Source of the DNA: a virus
Strand: one strand, 5' to 3'
Virus record (IMG/VR): IMGVR_UViG_3300003962_000007
Location: 18,934 to 82,933 of that record
Length of the DNA: 64,000 bases
In this document: piece by piece, positions 47,007 to 54,993 of the stretch
Position numbering within the stretch: the stretch's first letter is position 1
Layout: the number at the start of each line of letters is the position of its first letter
Translations under genes and position numbers: made by a program
Notes under the pieces: generated by a model
The model's input: the letters and a program-made list of their open reading frames with translations, nothing else
What the model was told of the DNA's origin: nothing
The model's database searches: none

Positions 47007-47870
47007 TTATTTAAACTTCCAAACATAACCTTTATACGGCTTACCACTTTTAATTGCTTGCGATACGTAAGTATTGTTAAATCCAGCGGTTTTATAAGCG
47101 ATAAGAGCACTTTCAAACTCTAGATTTGGCTTACCTTTTTCTAACGAAATACCGATAATAGCTTTAGACCTCTTTTTGGAAAGCTGTTCTTTTAAATGGG
47201 GGTTATTTTCATAACTTCTTTTAGCGCCTTCAGACATAGCTTTCTTTCTAGATTCGTATGACTGCTTCCATTCTTCTTCGGATAGGGGTTGCGAAGGGTT
47301 TTCTTCTCTGTATTTAGCTGTTCTAATAGCTTTGCAGGGTTTACAAACAGGCGAATGTCCGTCCCAAGCTTTAGCGTCCGGGCTGAAATTAAGTAAAGGA
47401 ATATAATTATTACAATCAGAGCAATGTTTACACTCTACTCCATCAATGAAAGAATGAGGTTTTCTAGACTTAAGCCCAACTTCAATTGCCTTTTCAGGGT
47501 TATCTTCGTAATATTTTTTTCTTCTTTCTGACATTTTATTTTTTGTTTCTTCTGTAAGAACTCTACCCAACGCCCCTTCACCACCGTCTGTGCCATTGGT
47601 TAGTTTAGCGCCTCTAGCTTTGTATTCTGCAATCCAATGAATTTCCCGACCATCTAGGGCTTCTGGTGTTTCGGTTTCTTCAATGATAATAATACCGTAT
47701 GTTTTACCTTCGTTAATCAGACTCTTAATCCAATTAACTTTATGCGAGGGTGTTTTTAAGTTACAAGGTTTTTTATGCTCCTTAGGTCTTTTAAGGCCAG
47801 AGGTAGATTTACCAATATAACGAACTTCTTGTGTGTCAGGGTCTGTTAGACCATAAATTATATACTTCAT
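47007..47870 (-). CDS. GIY-YIG homing endonuclease (NUMOD3, zinc finger, NUMOD1-like)
   Basis: IIYGL.DP...VRYIGKS, E..WI, LTN.TDGGEG, EETK.KMSE, CxxC..CxxC, FES...A...GY.WK. Confidence 0.85.
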   Translation of the reverse strand: MKYIIYGLTDPDTQEVRYIGKSTSGLKRPKEHKKPCNLKTPSHKVNWIKSLINEGKTYGIIIIEETETPEALDGREIHWIAEYKARGAKLTNGTDGGEGALGRVLTEETKNKMSERRKKYYEDNPEKAIEVGLKSRKPHSFIDGVECKHCSDCNNYIPLLNFSPDAKAWDGHSPVCKPCKAIRTAKYREENPSQPLSEEEWKQSYESRKKAMSEGAKRSYENNPHLKEQLSKKRSKAIIGISLEKGKPNLEFESALIAYKTAGFNNTYVSQAIKSGKPYKGYVWKFK

Positions 47871-47876
47871 AAATAC

Positions 47877-47905
47877 ATTATATCAAAATATACTGAATTT
47901 GTCAA
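47877..47905 (-). promoter_or_regulatory. sigma70-type promoter, leaderless transcript
   Basis: Minus strand TTGACA-17-TATAAT, extended TG; ATG 47870 after a 6-nt gap. Confidence 0.85.
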
Positions 47906-47926
47906 TCATTAATTTTATAAAAGTAC

Positions 47927-47962
47927 AAAAAATAACCCGACTTTTTGGGCCGGGTTATTTTT
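47927..47962 (-). terminator. intrinsic (bidirectional) terminator after major capsid gene
   Basis: AAAAATAACCCG-loop-CGGGTTATTTTT inverted repeat. Confidence 0.85.
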
Positions 47963-47981
47963 ACATTATAAGTGCTTAGAA

Positions 47982-49211
47982 TTACGAAGCATTTACGATG
48001 TCTTTTACAAGCGTGCTTCGTCCAGGCGCCATGCAAAACAAGGCCTGATCGGTGTAGAGTCTTAGCTCATATCCTGCAGCGTTCTCTAGATCACGGAAAA
48101 ATTCTTCTCCTTGACCAGGGCGCTTAAAGGAAACGTCTTGAGAACCTACACGTACCCAGTCTTCTTCGTTAAGCAAGAAAGCATAACCTTCTTTAACGTA
48201 GATGGAGGGAACGATTTCGATGTCTCCGTTTTGAGCGTAGAACATGATAGACTTAGCGCCCATTTCAGCTTTCTCTTTCGAGTAGCTTCCGTCGTAACGA
48301 CGTAGAGCAGCTTGGTCATTCATCATGTTAGCCCAAGAACGAACGTTTACTAGAGCCAAGAGTTTTCCATCTTGACCTTTTTCAACACCGCGAGCAGCAG
48401 CCAAGTTAAGCTTATTAAAGCTCAAAGCAGCAGAAGAAGCGGAGTATTCGTTACCTTTGAAAAGGTTGTATTGACCAACGTTGATGTTGAACAACGAACC
48501 AGAAGAGGTGGTTAGGATTTTGTGAATTCCAGGGAACTCATTTCCATAAGCACCTTTATGCCAGATTACGTCGCCAGAAGAAAGGGTTCCGGGATCAGCA
48601 TTCAAGGTGATAACACGGGTGTCCATGTTAACAGAAGAGATCACGAACTCGCCTTTGGAAACGTTACCAGCGGAATCTCTGATTTCGATAGGCATAGCTT
48701 CAGCACCAGCCCAGATACCAGGAGCCCACTCAGCAGTTTGAATGGTTACAGCAGTTCCAACGTTAGAAGCAACTTTTCCATATCCCATTTGACCATAGAG
48801 CATCTCGATTTCGAGTTTCTTGGTCACGGAACGAAGCATATTGCTTACAAGATACTTGGTAGCATCCATGAAAGCTTGCTTTCCACCTTGAGCAGCACGA
48901 CTAGCAGCAGTGTATCCAAGAACGGAACGAAGTACAAGGGGATATCCTTTTACTTGAGCATCTTTGATTACGCCAGCTACAGGAGCATTCAAGTTGAAAG
49001 CGTCTTCATCAGAAGAAGCAAACGTTACACCGTGCTCTAGTCCTAGAACTACAGGTTGGTGGTATAGGTTACCAGGTTGTTTATCCTTAGGGAGAAACTT
49101 AACTCTGTTTAGAATCTTAACTCCATCTGGAATTAGGTCTTCGATTTTTTCAGCATAGTTCTCTTTGAACATCGCGTTCAACGAGCCAGCATAAGTATTA
49201 TTAGCAGCCAT
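47982..49211 (-). CDS. major capsid protein
   Basis: 409 aa after scaffold; L..MFKENY, LYG...G, GIH, HK97-like layout; AAGGA SD and downstream terminator. Confidence 0.85.
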   Translation of the reverse strand: MAANNTYAGSLNAMFKENYAEKIEDLIPDGVKILNRVKFLPKDKQPGNLYHQPVVLGLEHGVTFASSDEDAFNLNAPVAGVIKDAQVKGYPLVLRSVLGYTAASRAAQGGKQAFMDATKYLVSNMLRSVTKKLEIEMLYGQMGYGKVASNVGTAVTIQTAEWAPGIWAGAEAMPIEIRDSAGNVSKGEFVISSVNMDTRVITLNADPGTLSSGDVIWHKGAYGNEFPGIHKILTTSSGSLFNINVGQYNLFKGNEYSASSAALSFNKLNLAAARGVEKGQDGKLLALVNVRSWANMMNDQAALRRYDGSYSKEKAEMGAKSIMFYAQNGDIEIVPSIYVKEGYAFLLNEEDWVRVGSQDVSFKRPGQGEEFFRDLENAAGYELRLYTDQALFCMAPGRSTLVKDIVNAS

Positions 49212-49244
49212 TTTATATTATCCTTTGTTAGTTGTTGTTAATTG

Positions 49245-49697
49245 TTATTCTTGTACTTCGTATTTAACGATAAGGCAAGCGTCTAGGTTAGCGGCAGAGA
49301 GGTCTACTCCAGTGTCGCAATCTAGGATGATCTTATCGCCAGCAGCAGTAATACCATCGGTATCAGCTAGCTTTACGGTGTCTACACCATGAGCGGTTCT
49401 GCGAATCAATTGAGCAGATAGAACTTTTTTAATGGGTTCTCCTACTTTGATCATAGCGGCGAACAATCCGTTAGCATCTACAGGAGATACGATAGTAGGA
49501 GTTCCGTCGGCAGTGTCAAGGGCAGCAGTGATTTTGTTAACGCCTTCGGTTCTCAAAAAGAGAATAGAGGGATCGTCAACCGCAACAACTACGCTGGCAG
49601 GCGTGGCGTTACCAGTAATAGATAGACGAAGAGCTAGTTCTTGTACTTTAAGCTGACGCTCTTGTACAAGCTCGTTCTTTGCATAGTAATTAGGCAT
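49245..49697 (-). CDS. putative capsid decoration/cement protein
   Basis: 150-aa beta-rich ORF directly upstream of MCP, AAAGG SD. Confidence 0.5.
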   Translation of the reverse strand: MPNYYAKNELVQERQLKVQELALRLSITGNATPASVVVAVDDPSILFLRTEGVNKITAALDTADGTPTIVSPVDANGLFAAMIKVGEPIKKVLSAQLIRRTAHGVDTVKLADTDGITAAGDKIILDCDTGVDLSAANLDACLIVKYEVQE

Positions 49698-49821
49698 TTG
49701 TTTTACCTTTCAAGTAAAATTAATAAAGTTAATGTTGTTTCGCCAGCGCCGAAATGCTATTTACGATATCTTCCGCCCAATTTAAGGTTACGGAGAGTCT
49801 TCATAGAGAGCACTGTCAATA

Positions 49822-49832
49822 ATAGTTGTTAA
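49822..49832 (-). promoter_or_regulatory. putative late promoter motif with ~125-nt structured leader
   Basis: TTAACAACTAT upstream of capsid operon. Confidence 0.7.
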
Positions 49833-49883
49833 AAACGCAAATAATTTTGTACTTGACAAAAATACCTGCGTTATTTCAATTAG

Positions 49884-50882
49884 TTATACACCAAAAAAGT
49901 CTTTAAAGCTAACTTTTTCTTTAGGTTTGTTGTCTTTATCGACATTTTTAGCGCCAGTGTCTTCCACTTTAGGCTTAGCTACGGCAGATTGAGATTCTTT
50001 AGCCTTAGCAATTCTTCTTTTACGAAGTTTTGTAAGAACTTGGTCACCTAGAAGCTGTTCTACCATCTCTTCAGGCAAAACTTGGAACATCTGCTTGATT
50101 TCATTATGTAATTCTTCTTTTACAAGAGGAATTACGTCTTCTGGAGTAACGTCATAGCCTGCTTCAATGGCTTCAATCATGTAATCGGACACCTTTTTAA
50201 CGAAATATTCGTTTCTAGGGATATCAGACTTAGAGAAGGCTTGGTCAAAAAGTGTATCCATACGCTCATATTCTTGTTGTGTGATGCGTTCTAGCTCTCT
50301 TTGACGTAGTTCTTCCTTCTCGCGCTCTCTTTCTTCTCTAATGGCTTTTAATTCAGCCTCGAGCTTTTCTTTTTCAAGCTGTTCAGGGCTCTTTTTAGCT
50401 TGTTCTAGCTGTTTATTAATGTAAGATTCAATAAGTTCCTCAGGATTCATCTGGAACTCTTGAGCCAATACGCTCATGGGATCGTTTTGTAGGGCTTCGA
50501 AGAACTTTCTAAACTCACTCTCGAGTTCTGCCTTCTCTTGGGCTCTTTTTTGACCCATTTTAGCCAACTGAAGCTGTCTAGTTAGATATTCATCGTCGTC
50601 TAGATTAACTTCTTCTTCAAATTCTTTATTATCTACCTTTAGTTTAAGCTTCTTAATGCGCTTTTCTAAGGCTTTTTTCTCTTCTTCTTTGGTTTTTTTC
50701 TTAGCGTCTAGCTTTTTATCTTCGTTTTTAGACTCTTCAGACTCTTCGGAAGACTCAAGCTCTTCACCATCTAGCTCTTCGCTAGCTTCAAGCTCTTGAC
50801 TTTCTTGACTATTTTCGGTTACTTGGGATGTTTCAGCGGCAGGAGCTGCGGCTGCTGGGGCACTATTTACTACGTCGGACAT
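49884..50882 (-). CDS. capsid scaffolding protein
   Basis: Acidic N-terminus, KLKVDNKEFEEEV, long helices, SFKDFFG end; upstream of MCP. Confidence 0.8.
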   Translation of the reverse strand: MSDVVNSAPAAAAPAAETSQVTENSQESQELEASEELDGEELESSEESEESKNEDKKLDAKKKTKEEEKKALEKRIKKLKLKVDNKEFEEEVNLDDDEYLTRQLQLAKMGQKRAQEKAELESEFRKFFEALQNDPMSVLAQEFQMNPEELIESYINKQLEQAKKSPEQLEKEKLEAELKAIREEREREKEELRQRELERITQQEYERMDTLFDQAFSKSDIPRNEYFVKKVSDYMIEAIEAGYDVTPEDVIPLVKEELHNEIKQMFQVLPEEMVEQLLGDQVLTKLRKRRIAKAKESQSAVAKPKVEDTGAKNVDKDNKPKEKVSFKDFFGV

Positions 50883-50893
50883 AATTACCTTTC

Positions 50894-50951
50894 TTTTCGC
50901 CCTATTAAGGGTAGAAAATGAAATGTTCGCCCATATAAGCCTGGGTAGAAC
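50894..50951 (-). promoter_or_regulatory. tandem RNA hairpins (putative translational operator)
   Basis: Two copies of TTCTACCC-loop-GGGCGAA just upstream of the scaffold SD. Confidence 0.6.
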
Positions 50952-50974
50952 TGGTTATTTAACTAGCTTATTAG

Positions 50975-51313
50975 TTATTTTTTAATCAAAGACTTAAGAT
51001 GCTCAGGCACTTCGCCTCTCATCTCAGCCTCTTTTAATTTTCTTAAACCTTCCAAGGCTCTTTCTTTTGCAAGTTTTTCTTCTTCAGTTAAAAGCATTCC
51101 TGGGTCTTGAAATTGATTAGCAAATGCTTCATTAACTTCTCTTTCAGGATCGGGTTGAATAGGAGTAATATCAGGCATACCAGAACTATCTTTTCTATCT
51201 AATACCTTATAGACTCTTTTTTCAGGCATTGCCTCTCTCTCAAATGCTCGTCTAGTAGACTCAGCTAGAGCTTGATGCATTTGTTCTCTAGACATTCTAT
51301 TTCTATTACTCAT
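50975..51313 (-). CDS. hypothetical protein
   Basis: 112-aa ORF, AAGGA upstream. Confidence 0.65.
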   Translation of the reverse strand: MSNRNRMSREQMHQALAESTRRAFEREAMPEKRVYKVLDRKDSSGMPDITPIQPDPEREVNEAFANQFQDPGMLLTEEEKLAKERALEGLRKLKEAEMRGEVPEHLKSLIKK

Positions 51314-51441
51314 TATTTCTTTCCTTTACATCCACAATCACATTTTTCTTTACTACAAGATTTTTTATCTTTCTTGTCTTTATCGGAATATGTGTCTTTA
51401 GTTAATGATTTTAAAACGTTAAAAGTATTAGCGGTTGCCAT
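51313..51441 (-). CDS. 42-aa Lys/Cys-rich microprotein
   Basis: MATANTF...SCSKEKCDCGCKGKK*; TAATG overlaps at both ends. Confidence 0.6.
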   Translation of the reverse strand: MATANTFNVLKSLTKDTYSDKDKKDKKSCSKEKCDCGCKGKK

Positions 51442-51767
51442 TAATTAGCCTTCCCTGATACATAACTTGTTAATGTTCCAGTACCTGACGACCTTACAAA
51501 AGCTACTTTAATATAACGATAATGAGCTACGTCTACTTGAAATAAATCTTGACCAGAAGTTCCACCTGTTGCTTGTGTATCTAATGCAATAAAATTACTA
51601 TTATCATTAGAAGCTGAGATGACAATATCTCCGGTAGGAGAACCCGTCCAGATAGAATGTACACAAAATCCAGAAACTTCACTAATATCAACTACTTGTT
51701 CAAAAGAAGCAGCTAAGCTTACAGAGTCATGTACTTTTTTATTCATTATAAAAATAGGTGATTTCAT
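51441..51767 (-). CDS. virion-associated beta-sandwich protein
   Basis: WTGSPTG.I.ISASND...YRYIKV pattern. Confidence 0.6.
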   Translation of the reverse strand: MKSPIFIMNKKVHDSVSLAASFEQVVDISEVSGFCVHSIWTGSPTGDIVISASNDNSNFIALDTQATGGTSGQDLFQVDVAHYRYIKVAFVRSSGTGTLTSYVSGKAN

Positions 51768-51770
51768 AAA

Positions 51771-52022
51771 TTAATTCAAGCACTTCCATCGTCTACGAGC
51801 TTTACAAGCTCTTTTTTCTGGGGTTTTTCTACAGTCAATATTATGCATATCGATCTGACCCTTATTTCTTGCACAAAAAGAACGTTTTCTAGCTCCGCCT
51901 TGTGGCTGAGGAGCCTTTAAATTAGAACCTGTAGCTCTATTATAAGCTTTACGGCCAGCTTCGGTTAACCCACCCTTATCTGACTTATGTTCTTTTTTAA
52001 AATTAAATTCTTTTCTTGACAT
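51771..52022 (-). CDS. DUF6321-like basic protein
   Basis: KGGLTEAGRKAYN..TGSNLKAP, RKRSFCAR, ARRRWKC. Confidence 0.7.
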   Translation of the reverse strand: MSRKEFNFKKEHKSDKGGLTEAGRKAYNRATGSNLKAPQPQGGARKRSFCARNKGQIDMHNIDCRKTPEKRACKARRRWKCLN

Positions 52023-52023
52023 G

Positions 52024-52515
52024 TTATGTATTATTAGTTGTTAAAACATCATCTATATCAACGGGTTTTATTAAAAAGGATTCTTTGACGAATTTATTCC
52101 CAAATTTATTAGTTAATAGTTCGGCTAATAACTCAGAACAAAAATAACCTTTTGTATTTTTGATAGCTAATTTAATACCAAAATAACTCATTAGTTCATA
52201 AATACCTAATAGAATTACGCCTTTAAAATCATATGGTTGACCAGCTAAATCTACTGCTTTTTGTAAAAGTTTATTAAATTCTTCTAAAGTTAAATCTATA
52301 ACATGTTGTTTTACAATGTTATTTTCTTTTAAAAAATTATTTAACTCAATAAAATGTACGCTTCCGTGAGAAGACTGATACACCATATTCCTATCAAGAC
52401 TATTACTTTTCCAATAAATTAAAACATGAGAATATGGGGCTTGCATCCACCAGCTTATGAGCTTTGCTCCTATTTTAAATTTTTTAGGATAGCTAAATGC
52501 TACAATAATTTCCAT
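52024..52515 (-). CDS. permuted papain-like (YiiX/YebB, NlpC/P60) amidase
   Basis: YSHV (His), G.PYD, YFCSEL (Cys). Confidence 0.8.
   Translation of the reverse strand: MEIIVAFSYPKKFKIGAKLISWWMQAPYSHVLIYWKSNSLDRNMVYQSSHGSVHFIELNNFLKENNIVKQHVIDLTLEEFNKLLQKAVDLAGQPYDFKGVILLGIYELMSYFGIKLAIKNTKGYFCSELLAELLTNKFGNKFVKESFLIKPVDIDDVLTTNNT
52034..52044 (-). promoter_or_regulatory. putative late promoter motif (in 3' end of upstream CDS)
   Basis: TTAACAACTAA, 11 nt before ATG 52022. Confidence 0.6.
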
Positions 52516-52628
52516 ATAGTAATGCTTAAAATTATTACATTTAATAAAATTATAGTAACTAAGCTTTTTTGCTCAAAAGTGTACCTTTTAACATGCTTAA
52601 TTCGACTTGGGTTATTTATTTTAGCCAT
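52500..52628 (-). CDS. 42-aa tail-anchored membrane microprotein
   Basis: MAKINNPSRIKHVKRYTFEQKSLVTIILLNVIILSITIWKLL*; fills gap. Confidence 0.55.
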   Translation of the reverse strand: MAKINNPSRIKHVKRYTFEQKSLVTIILLNVIILSITIWKLL

Positions 52629-52629
52629 A

Positions 52630-53088
52630 TTATAGTATTCTAGATTGAATTAAAGCCGCCCAATTGTCAATCATTTCTTGAGTTACAAAACCACTAGGCT
52701 CTTTTTGAGAAATACAATATAAAGCAGTTGGCCAAGCGCCTTCTCTAATACGAATTAATACGTCTTGATAATCATTAAACATTTGATTTGATTGTTCTGC
52801 AGTAATACCTAAAAGAGTATTTTCTGCATATAAATCTCTTAGTAGTTCAGGAGCGTTTTCTTGATAATATTTAATTCTAGCTTTAATAATATCTTTTAAC
52901 GGAACCGGAGCATTGGCGGGAGGTTGAAGTTGATTACCAACCAAAACCCAACCTAATTGAGGAGGTATAATTAAATCGTGTATGTCAATAATTAATTGAT
53001 GTGAATGAATTTTTAAATTAAAAGAATTTTCATCTAAATCACAAATTTCAACAACAACGTTATTATTTAATAAAGCATGTTTTCTCAT
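52630..53088 (-). CDS. putative fibre-associated chaperone
   Basis: ALLNNNVVVEI...PQLGW N-terminus. Confidence 0.5.
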   Translation of the reverse strand: MRKHALLNNNVVVEICDLDENSFNLKIHSHQLIIDIHDLIIPPQLGWVLVGNQLQPPANAPVPLKDIIKARIKYYQENAPELLRDLYAENTLLGITAEQSNQMFNDYQDVLIRIREGAWPTALYCISQKEPSGFVTQEMIDNWAALIQSRIL

Positions 53089-53090
53089 AA

Positions 53091-53636
53091 TTATATATCC
53101 TGTTTACTAATATCTAAAAATTCAATATCTTGTTTTAATCTAAATGCATTATCGTAAATGCCTAAATGATTAACGTACAAACGTTCTCTATAAGTTCTAG
53201 TTAACCTAGTGGCAACTGCTTCTATCATAATAGTATCTCCACCATAAAAGTCTATTGGAGTTAAAGAAGATACGTTAATATTTGCATAAAAGTAGTTGTT
53301 ATAACTTTGCGTTGCTGAAAAACTTTGTATTAAATCGTCCGTCCAATCGGGTGTATTTACAAGATGTACTTTAATATCTACGGTAGAAGCGTTATCTATC
53401 GCTCCGGTTACAGGGTTATACAAATAAGCAACAAATCTTATGGTATCAAAAGTGTCTTTATTAAACTCAGCACCGATTTTCAATATTTGAGTAGAATTTG
53501 TTGGCTCTGAATTAGGGCCAAATAAAAATTGCCAATCATCATTATCGTTAACTATATATCTTTGAGCATTATCAACTTTTAACCATTGATTATCCTCATT
53601 AGTGTCTTGAGCTACAAGTTTACGAGTAATAGGCAT
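53091..53636 (-). CDS. virion structural protein (hypothetical)
   Basis: 181-aa beta-rich ORF in structural cluster. Confidence 0.6.
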   Translation of the reverse strand: MPITRKLVAQDTNEDNQWLKVDNAQRYIVNDNDDWQFLFGPNSEPTNSTQILKIGAEFNKDTFDTIRFVAYLYNPVTGAIDNASTVDIKVHLVNTPDWTDDLIQSFSATQSYNNYFYANINVSSLTPIDFYGGDTIMIEAVATRLTRTYRERLYVNHLGIYDNAFRLKQDIEFLDISKQDI

Positions 53637-53639
53637 TAT

Positions 53640-54989
53640 TTAAGTCCCTAAAAGAGTAAAGCCTTTATACGATGTTTTTTCAGAACCGTTTATAACAATT
53701 CCCACTTTAACTGAATAGTGCGTTAAGTCAGTTAAAAGAATAGCGGACACTGGTGTAATTATAAATCTACCATTAACATCTGCAGTAATACCGGATTGAG
53801 TTAATCCAACAACCGCATTACCGCTAGAATCGTATACCGTGTAATTAGCTGTTCCTAAGCCGCTAGTTTGAACTTTACCGTTGGTAGATTGAGCCCAAAA
53901 GGTTGCTTCTAATTGATTAGACGCATTAATAGAAAATTGAGCTTTAACGTCATAGTTAGGTATAGTGCCTTGAACTGCAAACATTTCAACTCTTGTAACA
54001 CTGTCTACTACCATCGTAACTCTTACTGAATAGCCGGGAAAATCATCGGTTAATAGATTTGTTATTGCTGTGATTTTGTAAATACCATTAACGTCAGCCG
54101 TAATGCCAGATTGACTCATCCCCCCAACAGCGGTGCCATTCTCGTCAAAAACTTGGTAGCTTGCTGAACCTAGGCCGGTAGTTTTAACAATCTCGTCTGC
54201 AGAAACCCAAAAGGTTCCATCGAAGTTATTGTTTTTATCTACAAAAAACAAACCAGAAATATCATATTTTGGAGCTTCTTGTATTAAAGCAGTGTAGCCT
54301 TCTCTAACTGCTCCGTCTACAGTAATGTTAACTTTTACCATGTAGTGATCTAAAGTTCTGTTTAATGTAGACGATACAGGAGTAATTTTATACTGTCCAT
54401 TAACGTCTGCACTTATTCCAGACTCAGTCATACCAACGACAGCATTGCCATCTTTATCATACACTTGATAGCTGGCAGTACCCATTGTTGCATTTCCAGA
54501 TTTAGCAACAATAGAATTTTTTAAACACCACAATGTTCCTTGTAGTTGATTGCTAGAATTTAATGCAAATGCGCCTTCTGACTTATATACGTCGGAACTA
54601 GTAAACACCCCGGTCGAAATAACGCTCTGTGAAACGGTATTTGAATCTCTATTACTAACTCCGTCTACTGCCCTAACACCTAAATAATAAGTAGTTCCGT
54701 TAACTAAAAAATTACCGTCAGGAGTTGTCCAAGTATCAAAAGTTAATTGACTAGTTATACCACAAATATTAGTGGTATTAAATAATCCGGTCGCAGTGCT
54801 TGCTTGAATATAAATTTCATATCTTAAAGGTAACGTAGCGTCAGTTGCGGCCAACCAAGTTGTACGTATTTGACCCCTAGACTGAACTGTTGTAGTAGCA
54901 ACACCGCTAAAAGTAGGTGGAGTTAAATCTACAATACAAGCTGCAGAAGTGCCTTGATAAAAATTATTACTAATGTAAATATCGGGCAT
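53640..54989 (-). CDS. FN3/Ig-like repeat virion protein
   Basis: DLTPPTFSG...W.AATD...YYLGVRAVD (FN3) plus three ~105-aa repeats (G.A.Y.V.D..G.AV.G...SGI.ADVNG.Y.IT). Confidence 0.7.
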   Translation of the reverse strand: MPDIYISNNFYQGTSAACIVDLTPPTFSGVATTTVQSRGQIRTTWLAATDATLPLRYEIYIQASTATGLFNTTNICGITSQLTFDTWTTPDGNFLVNGTTYYLGVRAVDGVSNRDSNTVSQSVISTGVFTSSDVYKSEGAFALNSSNQLQGTLWCLKNSIVAKSGNATMGTASYQVYDKDGNAVVGMTESGISADVNGQYKITPVSSTLNRTLDHYMVKVNITVDGAVREGYTALIQEAPKYDISGLFFVDKNNNFDGTFWVSADEIVKTTGLGSASYQVFDENGTAVGGMSQSGITADVNGIYKITAITNLLTDDFPGYSVRVTMVVDSVTRVEMFAVQGTIPNYDVKAQFSINASNQLEATFWAQSTNGKVQTSGLGTANYTVYDSSGNAVVGLTQSGITADVNGRFIITPVSAILLTDLTHYSVKVGIVINGSEKTSYKGFTLLGT

Positions 54990-54993
54990 TTAA

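Noticed and set aside
48522..49040. 172-aa plus-strand ORF and other shadow ORFs (e.g. 11841..12239, 20854..21231, 3754..4026, 11493..11816, 41978..42286)
   Set aside because: Antisense or off-frame to well-supported genes, with no RBS or motifs
49853..49881. Antisense sigma70 promoter
   Set aside because: TTGACA present but no acceptable -10 box at 16-18 nt
53292..53302. Extra late-motif copy (ATAACAACTAC, minus strand)
   Set aside because: Two mismatches, mid-CDS, explained by Tyr-Asn-Asn-Tyr codons
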